Source: Candidatus Latescibacterota bacterium (GTDB taxonomy: Bacteria; Latescibacterota; UBA2968; UBA8231). From it: 64,000 nucleotides of DNA. Below, in pieces: positions 18,756 to 28,014 of the stretch. The stretch's first letter is position 1. Each line of letters starts with the position of its first letter. The notes beneath the pieces were generated by a model. The model was not told the origin of the DNA, did no database searches, and worked only from the letters and a program-made list of their open reading frames with translations. Location of the stretch: NCBI GenBank assembly GCA_965197905.1, contig CBDAOB010000005.1, positions 1,228,176 to 1,292,175 of the forward strand, read 5' to 3'. The position numbers and the translations under genes were made by a program.

Positions 18756-20828
18756 ATGGTCTTAGAAGTTAACAGGAGACTCGACGAGGCGGTCTCAACG
18801 GTCAAAGGGGTAGGGGTAAGGAGGGCGAAGGTATTGGCCGAAACGGGTATCTATTCCGTCAGGGATCTGCTCTACTACGTTCCGCGACGGTACTTGGATC
18901 GCAGCGTCGTGCTGCCGATTGCACAACTGCGAACGGACCGTGAGGTCACCATCATCGGGCGAGTTGCCTTGGTTCAATCGTCGTATGGTCCAGGGACTCG
19001 GCTGACACTTACCGTTGAAGACGAGAGCGGTTCGATCGAGTGTATTTGGTTTGCAGGTAGCAAATACCTGGCCAAGAATTTCGAGGAAGGTGACCATCTG
19101 GCACTCAGCGGCCAGGTCCGAATCTATAAAGGGCGGCAGCAATTCACCCATCCGGACTACGAATTCGTCAGCCTTTCCGGGGAGCAGAGCTTTCTCCACA
19201 CCTCTGGAATCGTGCCGCTCTACAGTACCAGCGCGGATCTCAAGGAACGCGGATTGCGAACCCGCACCTTCAGGCGGGTTATGGCTCAGGCGCTGGATCA
19301 GTATGGCGAGGCCGTGGTGGACACGTTAGATCCAGACGACCGCGCGGAGTTGGGGTTGCTGGATCTGAAAACGAGTCTGCGGTCGGTGCACTTTCCGAGC
19401 GATGCAGAATCGGCACAGCAGGCGCGCCAGCGCCTTGCGTTTGAAGAGCTGTACCAGCAACAGCTGCTGCTGGCGCGGGCCAGAGCCCGGCGCCGCGCCT
19501 CCCGCGACGGGATCTCTCTCGGTCTCAGGGACCTGGTCGACCGCTTCCTGGAGCAACTCCCGTTCTCGCCTACTGAAGCGCAGCGCGCGGCAGCGGAGGA
19601 GATCCTGAGCGACATGGAGGATTCCTACCAAATGTGCCGCCTGCTGCAGGGCGACGTGGGATCGGGAAAGACGCTGGTCGCGCTCTGCGCCATTCTGCAG
19701 GCTGTTGGCAGTGGTTTTCAGGCAGCACTGATGGCGCCCACCGAGATTCTCGCCACGCAGCATTACCATACGATAGTACAGCAGCTCAATCCGCTCGGAG
19801 TAAACGCCCTTCTCTTGGTGGGCAAGCAACGACCGGCTCTCCGTCTGGAGCTGCTCAACTCGATCGAAACGGGCGCTGCGGACATCGTGGTCGGAACCCA
19901 CGCGCTCATTCAAGAAAGCGTTAGGTTCCCGAAGCTCGGCCTGGTGGTGATCGATGAGCAGCACCGATTCGGCGTGGTCCAACGCGATCTCCTGGCGAAC
20001 AAGAAAAAACAGGCGAACCTTCTATATTTGACGGCTACACCGATTCCCCGCACCCTGGCCCTGGCACTTTACGGAGACACCGATATGTCAATTCTGAATC
20101 AACTACCGCCCGGGAGGAAACCGGTCAGGACGGCGGCGCGATCGGAGACAAGCCGCGAAGCTATTCTCCGATTCGTGGCCGAGCAACTGGATTGCGGAAG
20201 GCAGGCGTATCTGGTGTATCCGTCCATCGAGGACTCCGAAAAGTTGGGATTAAGGTCCGCTTCCCGGGCGTTCGAGGAGCTTTCCACTGGGGCTCTCGCA
20301 GGTTATCGGCTCGGGCTGCTTCACGGCCAGATGTCAGAGGATGAGAAAAACTCGACGATGAAGGGGTTCGTCGAGGGCAGCACCCAGGCGCTGATCAGTA
20401 CTACCGTTGTCGAGGTGGGCGTCGACGTCGCGAACGCGACGGTCATGGTGATCGAGAACGCCGAAAGGTTCGGTTTGGCACAGCTGCATCAGCTGCGTGG
20501 GCGCGTTGGGCGTGGTGTGGACGAGTCGTATTGCATACTCATCAACGCTGCCGCTGCGGACGGAGATCGGACCGCCGCGCAGAACAGAATCGATCTATTG
20601 TGCCGGACCAGTGACGGCTTCGAGATCGCCGACGAAGACCTTGCCCTGCGGGGTCCCGGTGAGCTGCTGGGTACCGCACAGGCGGGACAGGCGGCATTTG
20701 CCGTCGCAGACTTGAGCCGGGATGGCGAGCTCCTGAGACAGGCTCGAGAGTTGGCCGGTAGAGTCGTAGGCCAGGACGACCATTGCCGGGAAGTTACGCA
20801 GCAAGTCGAACCAAATTCGGGATTGTAG
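18756..20828 (+). CDS. recG: ATP-dependent DNA helicase RecG
   Basis: N-terminal wedge domain, helicase motifs GDVGSGKT and DEQHRFG, and a 690-aa length. Confidence 0.9.
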   Translation: MVLEVNRRLDEAVSTVKGVGVRRAKVLAETGIYSVRDLLYYVPRRYLDRSVVLPIAQLRTDREVTIIGRVALVQSSYGPGTRLTLTVEDESGSIECIWFAGSKYLAKNFEEGDHLALSGQVRIYKGRQQFTHPDYEFVSLSGEQSFLHTSGIVPLYSTSADLKERGLRTRTFRRVMAQALDQYGEAVVDTLDPDDRAELGLLDLKTSLRSVHFPSDAESAQQARQRLAFEELYQQQLLLARARARRRASRDGISLGLRDLVDRFLEQLPFSPTEAQRAAAEEILSDMEDSYQMCRLLQGDVGSGKTLVALCAILQAVGSGFQAALMAPTEILATQHYHTIVQQLNPLGVNALLLVGKQRPALRLELLNSIETGAADIVVGTHALIQESVRFPKLGLVVIDEQHRFGVVQRDLLANKKKQANLLYLTATPIPRTLALALYGDTDMSILNQLPPGRKPVRTAARSETSREAILRFVAEQLDCGRQAYLVYPSIEDSEKLGLRSASRAFEELSTGALAGYRLGLLHGQMSEDEKNSTMKGFVEGSTQALISTTVVEVGVDVANATVMVIENAERFGLAQLHQLRGRVGRGVDESYCILINAAAADGDRTAAQNRIDLLCRTSDGFEIADEDLALRGPGELLGTAQAGQAAFAVADLSRDGELLRQARELAGRVVGQDDHCREVTQQVEPNSGL

Positions 20829-20840
20829 AGGAGTATAGCC

Positions 20841-21980
20841 ATGGAGGAGGTGCGAGTTGCCACATTCGCCGGTCCAGGGTCCAAACCAACGATCAGAACC
20901 GTAGCCAAACCTGCGGTGCCGGAGAATGCAGCTCTGATAGAAATCGAAGCGTGTGGTGTATGTGGGACAGACCTGCATATCCTGAAAGGTCATTGGCCCG
21001 GCGAGCTGCCGTGGCCCTTCACCCTCGGTCACGAGCTAGCCGGAACCGTGGTTGAGATTGGCAGCAGGCTCACTCACGATTTTATGGGTGCTCCGTTGAG
21101 CGTGGGATGTCGCGCCATGCTGCCGCCATTGATGCCTTGTGGCAGCTGCTACTACTGCGTGCATTTTCCGACTCACGCCAATCGTTGTCTGCAACCGACC
21201 TACTACGGCAGGTACCTGGCGTTCGACAAACCTCCTCATCTGTGGGGTGGTTGGGCGGAGATGGTGTACGTTGACCTCGACCTATTGCCGGCTACCAAAA
21301 TCTACCGCTTGCCCGACGGTATGTCGGCCATGCTTGGATCGCTGTCGGAGCCGCTGACATCATGTATCCGTGCGCTAGGTCGCGCCGCCAGGAGTGGGGG
21401 ATTCTCGGTGGGGGATACGGTAGTAGTGCAGGGGTCAGGCCCCATTGGGGTGCTGATGCTCGTGGCGGCTCGCGAAATGGGGGCGGGAAAGGTCTTCGTG
21501 GTTGGTGCCCCGGAACGCCCGCGACTGGAAATATGCCGTGCCTTCGGAGCGGACGGCACGGTCTGCATCGAAGATTACGGTTCCGCCGCGAGCCGGATAG
21601 AAGCGGTCGGGCAAATGGTCGGAGGATTTGGCGCCGATCTGGTGGTCGATTGCAGCGGGCATCCCTCCGCCGGTCCGGAAGGATTGGAGATGCTTCGCGA
21701 CGGCGGAACCTACGTGGAAATGGGGCAGTTTACCGATGCCGGTTCGATCGAAACCAACTGGCACCGCATCTGCTCAAAGGATGTGACGATCGTGGGGAGT
21801 TGGGCGTTTACCGCAAACGACATTCCGTTGGCGATCGAAATGCTCGATAGAGCAGCCGATCGCTACCCCTGGTCACAACTGCAAACATCCTTCCCGTTCT
21901 CGGAAGAAGGAGTACAGGAAGCTATTGACGCGGCCATGGCGATGCGCTGCGTGAAAGCGACCATACGGCCCAACCGTTGA
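20841..21980 (+). CDS. zinc-dependent alcohol dehydrogenase (MDR family)
   Basis: CGVCGTDLH...GHE catalytic-zinc motif, structural-zinc cysteines and the GSGPIG Rossmann motif. Confidence 0.8.
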   Translation: MEEVRVATFAGPGSKPTIRTVAKPAVPENAALIEIEACGVCGTDLHILKGHWPGELPWPFTLGHELAGTVVEIGSRLTHDFMGAPLSVGCRAMLPPLMPCGSCYYCVHFPTHANRCLQPTYYGRYLAFDKPPHLWGGWAEMVYVDLDLLPATKIYRLPDGMSAMLGSLSEPLTSCIRALGRAARSGGFSVGDTVVVQGSGPIGVLMLVAAREMGAGKVFVVGAPERPRLEICRAFGADGTVCIEDYGSAASRIEAVGQMVGGFGADLVVDCSGHPSAGPEGLEMLRDGGTYVEMGQFTDAGSIETNWHRICSKDVTIVGSWAFTANDIPLAIEMLDRAADRYPWSQLQTSFPFSEEGVQEAIDAAMAMRCVKATIRPNR

Positions 21981-22000
21981 GTGTTTGCCGGCGCCATCAT

Positions 22001-23368
22001 TCAGGAAATGCTCTTCAATCCCGATTCGACGATAACGGCGATCTCGTCCGCTTCTTCCTTGGTCAAAATCAGCGGAGGCGCCACGAAGAATATCGGTTCG
22101 GGGCCGGCTATGGCGTGGCTCATGCGACCCAGAAGCAGCCCCTCCTCCTTCATCTTCTTTTGTACCTGCGCGGTGCGTGGTGCATCCAACATGCCACCCT
22201 CTTCATCCACCAGCTCGATGGCGATCATGAGTCCCTTGCCGCGAACGTCCCCTAGAAACGGTGAGCTAATACTCGACAGACTCTCCATCAGATAGTTGCC
22301 CACCGTTTCGGCGTTCTCCCATAGCCTCTCCCGCAGAAGGATATCGATAGCTGTCACGGCGGCGGTGCAGCAGACGGGATGCCCGCCGTAGGTGGAAATC
22401 TGCGAGAACTCCCGATCTTCTTCAGGAGAGCCGAGGAACGCCTCGAACACCTCCGGGGTAACAACGCAGGCCCCCAGGGGCAGGTAGCCGCTGGTAGCGC
22501 CCTTTGCCAGCGTAATCATGTCGGGCACAACACCCCAGTGTTCGCAGGCAAATAACCTTCCGGTCCGCCCGAAGCCGTTGATGACCTCATCGAAAATAAG
22601 CAGGACTCCATAACGATTGCAGATCGCGCGAAGCTGGGGTAGATATTCGTCGGGAGGAACCAGAACTCCGCCGCCTCCTATGATTGGCTCGGCGATGACG
22701 GCGGCTACCGTTTCCGGTCCCTCGCGGACAATCGCATCTTCTATTTCTGCGACGCAGGCCACACCGCATTTCGGGTACTGCAGGTGAAGCGGACAGCGAT
22801 AACAGTAAGGCGGATCTGTGTGCAGAAACCCGGGCACCAGCGGTTCGAACTTTGTTCGGCGACCCACCTGGCCCGTCGCGGAGAGGGCGCCCATGGTGAA
22901 GCCATGGTACCCCTGGTACCGCGCTATCACCTTAAATCTGTTTTCGCCAGGAAATCGTTGCCGGCAGTACTGTCGGGCGATCTTCAGTGCCGTTTCGTTC
23001 GCCTCGGAGCCGCTAGCGCTGAAAAACGAGTGCTGCAGATCGCCGGGCAGAATATCCGCGAGGCGGGAAGCCAGGTTGGCGGCGGGGGCGGTGACCATCG
23101 CGCTGGAAGCGTACGGAAGCTTCTTCATCTGCTCGTAAACCGCATCGGCGATCTCGGTGCGGCCGTACCCCAGGGTCACGTTCCAGATTCCCGCAATGCC
23201 GTCTATGTAGCTGTTGCCGTCCGCGTCCTGAACTCTAACCCCGTCGCCCGACGTGATCACCATGAGATCGGTCTGCTCAAGGGTCCGATGCTGCAGCATC
23301 GGATGCCACACGTGCTGTTGATCTACAGTGCGAACGGCATCTGCTGAAATCGTCTCTTGTAAGGTCAT
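22001..23368 (-). CDS. class III (omega) aminotransferase
   Basis: PLP fold type I class III features (DEV..GFGRTG, ASRL) and a 455-aa length. Confidence 0.8.
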   Translation of the reverse strand: MTLQETISADAVRTVDQQHVWHPMLQHRTLEQTDLMVITSGDGVRVQDADGNSYIDGIAGIWNVTLGYGRTEIADAVYEQMKKLPYASSAMVTAPAANLASRLADILPGDLQHSFFSASGSEANETALKIARQYCRQRFPGENRFKVIARYQGYHGFTMGALSATGQVGRRTKFEPLVPGFLHTDPPYCYRCPLHLQYPKCGVACVAEIEDAIVREGPETVAAVIAEPIIGGGGVLVPPDEYLPQLRAICNRYGVLLIFDEVINGFGRTGRLFACEHWGVVPDMITLAKGATSGYLPLGACVVTPEVFEAFLGSPEEDREFSQISTYGGHPVCCTAAVTAIDILLRERLWENAETVGNYLMESLSSISSPFLGDVRGKGLMIAIELVDEEGGMLDAPRTAQVQKKMKEEGLLLGRMSHAIAGPEPIFFVAPPLILTKEEADEIAVIVESGLKSIS

Positions 23369-23551
23369 CTCTCGATCCTCTGCTCCTGCTGGGAGTGTTC
23401 GTCGATTGCGCTAATCTACTGTTAGTCTTCGACAGCATCAACGCACCGTAGCAGTCAAGGCGATGTGTTCGCTTGACTTGATGATGTCATTTTGATAACT
23501 ACTCGAATTGCAACGGTTTTCGAGCGCTGTGGAATCGCCAAGGATCCTGCA

Positions 23552-24619
23552 ATGTCCAATCATCTGTTTCCCACGACCGTCATCGGGAGCTTGCCCCGGC
23601 CCGAGTGGCTGCGCCAGGCAATCCTGGACCGCAAATCTGGTGCGCTGACCGAGGACGAGACCACCGCCATCCTCGACCGGGTGATCGACGAGGCGATCCT
23701 GCTGCAGGAACGGTCCGGCCTGGAGGAGATTACGGATGGGGAGTGGCGCAGAGAGAGTTATGTCAAGGTGTTCGCTGAACGTGTACGGGGTTTTGAGAGC
23801 GATCTCAACGTGAGTGATATTCCGTATCCTGCGGTGGTAGCTCCAGTGGAGTACTACCGGCCCATCGCCCTTGAAGAGCTGAGATTTCTCCGCCCCAGAA
23901 CCTCCCGGCGGGTCAAGGTTACCCTACCTGCTCCGTATATCATCGGACGCAGAATGTGGCATCCGGAATATTCCGCCAAAGCATATCCGACGAGAGAGGC
24001 GCTGATGACCGACTGCGTCGGGATACTTCGCGAAGAGATCGAGAAACTGAAAGAGGCGGGCGCCGACACGATCCAGCTCGACGAACCCTGGTTGAGCACG
24101 ATGGTCGATCCGGAATTCCGCAAGAGGGAGGGCGTCAGCGATGAGCAGTGGCAGTACGAAAAAGACCTGTGCGCGGATCTGATCAATCAGACCGTCTCTG
24201 GATTCGACGATCTCAATACCGGAATGCATCTCTGCCACGCCCATTTCGCGCACAAACATGGAACCGAGGGGCCGTATGATCTGATCATGGATTCCCTGGC
24301 CAAGATCAAGGTTGGAACCATATCAATGGAGTATGCCACGCCGGTGGCCGGGGGCATGCACACCTTGAACAGGTTCCCGGAGCGGGTGCGGTTGGGGTTG
24401 GGGTGCATCGACCACTGCAATCGCGATATCGAATCTCCCGAGCAGGTCGTCGCCAGAGTTGAAGAGGCGATGGGCCACGTGGACAAGGAACGCATCACCT
24501 TGCACCCCGATTGCGGGTTCGCCCCCTCGGTTCAGAATCCGATGGATCTGGACGAGGCGTATCTGAAGCTGAGCTCCATGTGTGAGGCTGCCCAGATCCT
24601 GCGTGAAAAACACGCATAG
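23552..24619 (+). CDS. cobalamin-independent methionine-synthase-like (MetE C-terminal/UroD-like) standalone protein
   Basis: TTVIGSLPRPEWL and the overall MetE C-terminal-domain pattern. The start is reassigned to MSNHLF. Confidence 0.55.
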   Translation: MSNHLFPTTVIGSLPRPEWLRQAILDRKSGALTEDETTAILDRVIDEAILLQERSGLEEITDGEWRRESYVKVFAERVRGFESDLNVSDIPYPAVVAPVEYYRPIALEELRFLRPRTSRRVKVTLPAPYIIGRRMWHPEYSAKAYPTREALMTDCVGILREEIEKLKEAGADTIQLDEPWLSTMVDPEFRKREGVSDEQWQYEKDLCADLINQTVSGFDDLNTGMHLCHAHFAHKHGTEGPYDLIMDSLAKIKVGTISMEYATPVAGGMHTLNRFPERVRLGLGCIDHCNRDIESPEQVVARVEEAMGHVDKERITLHPDCGFAPSVQNPMDLDEAYLKLSSMCEAAQILREKHA

Positions 24620-24636
24620 AAATCCAGGGTGAGTAG

Positions 24637-25125
24637 ATGACTGCTAGAAGAATCCAAGTGCGGCTAGAGAAACGGGGGGTTTCCTGCAAGGCGGAGGTCC
24701 TCGAGGACCTGGCGCCAAAGACCTGCAGCCTGCTGTGGGAAGCGCTGCCTCAAGGTGGCGACGCCTTCCACGCCAAGTACGCCAGCAACGAGGTCTACAC
24801 CCTCGTTCCCCCGTTTGCGCCCGAAGAGCCCGGTCTGGAGAATCCCACCATGACGCCGATCGCCGGTGACCTGGTGTATTTCTACTTTGCCCCCGGCTTG
24901 GTCGCGCTTCCAGACGTCAAGGACACCGCGTGCGAAAACGGCGTCGTCGACCTGGCGATCTTCTACGGCCGTGACAATTTCCTGTTTTCTCCGACCATGG
25001 GTCCGACCCCGGGAACCCGGTTTGGCGCGATTACCGAAAACCTTTCCGAGATGATGGACGCGTGTACCAACGTCTGGCGAGAAGGGTTCGCCGGCGAACG
25101 CCTTATCTTCGAACGCAGCGACTAG
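24637..25125 (+). CDS. small conserved hypothetical protein (possibly DUF3830-like)
   Basis: 162-aa ORF with good coding look. The family name is from memory only. Confidence 0.4.
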   Translation: MTARRIQVRLEKRGVSCKAEVLEDLAPKTCSLLWEALPQGGDAFHAKYASNEVYTLVPPFAPEEPGLENPTMTPIAGDLVYFYFAPGLVALPDVKDTACENGVVDLAIFYGRDNFLFSPTMGPTPGTRFGAITENLSEMMDACTNVWREGFAGERLIFERSD

Positions 25126-25202
25126 CACGTTGTGGCGGCTGAGTATCGCTGCGTTGTGCAGCCGTCGCGAATCGATCTCACTGCCCTCCAATACCTGATT
25201 GA

Positions 25203-26330
25203 ATGACTGAATCCCTGGTGTCACCCTCCGAGTTTGTAGGACTAGACGGGGTGACACACCTGTGCACTGGGGGCGAAGCGCCGTGGCTGAAGCGTTTCGA
25301 CACCGTTTACCAACAGTTTTCCACCTGTAAGAGCGCCGGCGCGAAAGGTCGGCGCCAGATATTCGATCGGGTTTCCGCCTGTCGAAACAAGATGGCCGAT
25401 CTGTGGAATGTGCCTGCGGATCGGATCGGGTTCATGCTCTCGGCGGCTGAAGGGATGAACTGGCTGGCGCGGGGTCTCGAACTGCGATCGGGAGATAACA
25501 TCGTTACCACACGCATGGAGTTTCCGTCGGTGGCCTACGCCTGGCGTTCGGCGCGGGAGAGTGGGGTAGAGATACGCATGGTGGCGCATCGGAACTGGGT
25601 CGTGGAGGAAGAGGAATTGATCGCGGCTATCGATTCCAGGACGCGGGTGTTGGCGGTAAGTCAGGTGAGTTTCTATTCCGGTCAGTGTTTGGATATTCTC
25701 CGTCTTTCCGAGGCGACGAGAAGACAAGGTGCTCTGTTGGCGGTGGACGCCACCCATGCTTCGGGTGTCGTGCGGGTACCCGCCGAACTTACCGACCTTT
25801 GTGTGACCAGCTGTTACAAGTGGATGCTGGCGACCCACGGGCTGGCACCCTGCTACTTGAGCACCAGGGCCGAGGAGGTGGCCGAGGCGACGAGCTTCGG
25901 CTGGCACAACCTGGAGGTCTGGGAACGAAACACCTACGACTGCAAGCCAGAGGTGGCCGCCAAGCCGATGCCCGATCTTCTGGAACCGGGCAACCCTGCT
26001 CTAATCGTGATCATGTTTCTCGAGCGAGCCCTCGACCTGATGCGAGATCTGGGCATCGAGCGTATAGAAGGCCATGCCAGGGAGCTGGCGGCGCGTACCA
26101 GTGCAGGCCTCAAGGATTTGGGGCGGGTCGTGATTTCTCCAGAGGAGCAACCCAGGCGGTCTGGGAATACCTGCTTCGTCGATGAACGGGCCGAGCATTT
26201 GGTGGCGCAGCTAGCAGCGCAGCGCATTCTGGTTTGGGGTGAGATGGGACGAGTGCGCATATCAACCCACGTCCACAACAACGCTGACGACGTGGATCGT
26301 TGCCTGCGCGCTCTTCGAGGGCTGGGATAA
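25203..26330 (+). CDS. class V aminotransferase / cysteine-desulfurase-like PLP enzyme
   Basis: Class V fold pattern (DATHASG...SCYKW lysine region) and a 375-aa length. Confidence 0.7.
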   Translation: MTESLVSPSEFVGLDGVTHLCTGGEAPWLKRFDTVYQQFSTCKSAGAKGRRQIFDRVSACRNKMADLWNVPADRIGFMLSAAEGMNWLARGLELRSGDNIVTTRMEFPSVAYAWRSARESGVEIRMVAHRNWVVEEEELIAAIDSRTRVLAVSQVSFYSGQCLDILRLSEATRRQGALLAVDATHASGVVRVPAELTDLCVTSCYKWMLATHGLAPCYLSTRAEEVAEATSFGWHNLEVWERNTYDCKPEVAAKPMPDLLEPGNPALIVIMFLERALDLMRDLGIERIEGHARELAARTSAGLKDLGRVVISPEEQPRRSGNTCFVDERAEHLVAQLAAQRILVWGEMGRVRISTHVHNNADDVDRCLRALRGLG

Positions 26331-28014
26331 TCTCCTTTTGGCTGGCCCGAGCCGCACCAGATGGAGATGGATCTCGTCGCTGCTGCTGGTTGCCGGAGCG
26401 TCTGTCTGGATCCTGTTCGCCCTTTGGGGTGAGGATCTGGTGCGCTCAATCTACGCCGCCGCCGCCCCCGCTGAGTTTCTGAACGGCCTCATAAAGAGAC
26501 AGTCCGTACATCGGGTCGACTACTACCTGAACAGGGGGTGGACGGCGGCGCGGGGCATGGCCTGGTTGATGTGGAGCGCCGCTGCCTTGATAGCGCTCTA
26601 CCAAACTCTGCTGGCTACCGGGTTGTTTCGGCGGCGGAATCCGCCGCTTTTGGTGGCGATCGTGTTCGCGACAATCCTGGTGTGCGAGTCGTACGTTCTC
26701 GGCGTTCCGATTTTTCAGCTACTGCCCCACTGGTTCTGGTCTCTGCGCCTCAAGGAGCTCGGGAACTGGTGGCTTCTTTTCCCGCTCGCAGCGGTCCTGT
26801 GGGGCACCTTGCACCAGATATTTAGTGGGCCGGCAAGAAACAAGCGCAATCTGCTGCTCCTCATCCTGACAGGAACCCTGGTGCAGTACGGGATCGTCGC
26901 GATGGAAGGCAATGCCCTTGACGGCTTGCGGCATCGGTTGCTGGATACCGGGCATGGTGGATTCCCGCGGCTCGCGTCCGATCAGATAAGCCTCCTTCGA
27001 GTCGTCGCCGGTTACGACGACATGCTGGCCGCGGGCCAACTGGCGGATTATCCGTTTGGCACCAAACCACCCGGTGTGCTTGTTTTCTTCGTCCTTTGCG
27101 CACGACTGGCGGATATGCTCCAGTTTTCCGGAACGAACCTGGAGCAGCTATCGACGCTTGCCACGTTGCTGTTTCCCGTCTTTACCTACCTGGCGCTGGT
27201 ACCACTGTTTATGGTTTGCCGGCAGTACGTTGGCACGAAAGAATCCTGGGTGCCCTGCTGCCTATACATTGCGCTTCCCAATCTCGTGCTGATGAATATG
27301 CATCTGGATCAGTTTCTGTTGCCCCAGCTGGGACTCTGGTTCGCTCTGACAATGGTCCTCGCGCACCGACGGGGGAGTGCGCTGGGCGGCGTGTTCAGCG
27401 GGGTCCTGCTTTATGTCTGTCTGTTTGTCTCGTTTTCGTTAATTGCGCTGGTCGCCCTGATTCCCGTCATCCTGATCGTGCGTGGCCCCGGTCGTTCAAA
27501 CGCTACCAGGATGTTGGGCTACCTGATCTTTGGGTTTGTGGCTTCGTATGGCCTGCTTTATGCCATCGCCGACTACAGCGCAGTAGATCGTTTTTTCGCG
27601 GCCATCGGCCGGCATTCACAATGGAAGGTAGAGACCTGGGGTATTCTCACCGTTGTCTATTTCGCCATCCTGAACACGGTGGAGTTCGCACTTTGGTGCG
27701 GCGTGCCGGTTGCTATTCTATGCGGGGCCGAGCTGTATCGTTCGGCTCGGATCATGTGGACCACCAGACAAGTGGCGGAGGAGGGCACCTTAGGTGTTGC
27801 TCTTCTAGCCACTGGAGGGTTCCTGCTTATGTTCGGGAGAACTGTAGGCGAGACCGGCCGACTGTGGATCTTCCTGGCGCCGCTGGTGGCGTTTTGCGCT
27901 GCGGCCACGTTGAACAGATTGATGCCTGATCGCCTTTTGGCGGGGACTGCGGCAACGGTCACATTGCAGATGGCCGTCGTTCTCACCCTCAAGCGACACC
28001 AGGATTTCTTTTGA
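26239..28014 (+). CDS. polytopic membrane protein, GT-C-like glycosyltransferase candidate (start uncertain, probably a non-ATG codon after 26330)
   Basis: More than 12 hydrophobic helices. The ORF overlaps the upstream gene by 90 nt, so the true start is likely downstream. The stop overlaps the next gene (ATGA). Confidence 0.45.
   Translation: MRWDECAYQPTSTTTLTTWIVACALFEGWDNLLLAGPSRTRWRWISSLLLVAGASVWILFALWGEDLVRSIYAAAAPAEFLNGLIKRQSVHRVDYYLNRGWTAARGMAWLMWSAAALIALYQTLLATGLFRRRNPPLLVAIVFATILVCESYVLGVPIFQLLPHWFWSLRLKELGNWWLLFPLAAVLWGTLHQIFSGPARNKRNLLLLILTGTLVQYGIVAMEGNALDGLRHRLLDTGHGGFPRLASDQISLLRVVAGYDDMLAAGQLADYPFGTKPPGVLVFFVLCARLADMLQFSGTNLEQLSTLATLLFPVFTYLALVPLFMVCRQYVGTKESWVPCCLYIALPNLVLMNMHLDQFLLPQLGLWFALTMVLAHRRGSALGGVFSGVLLYVCLFVSFSLIALVALIPVILIVRGPGRSNATRMLGYLIFGFVASYGLLYAIADYSAVDRFFAAIGRHSQWKVETWGILTVVYFAILNTVEFALWCGVPVAILCGAELYRSARIMWTTRQVAEEGTLGVALLATGGFLLMFGRTVGETGRLWIFLAPLVAFCAAATLNRLMPDRLLAGTAATVTLQMAVVLTLKRHQDFF

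Noticed and set aside
23368-23552. SAM or cobalamin riboswitch upstream of the MetE-like gene.
   Set aside because: I could find no conserved SAM-I or B12 box elements by eye. A covariance-model search (Rfam) would be needed.
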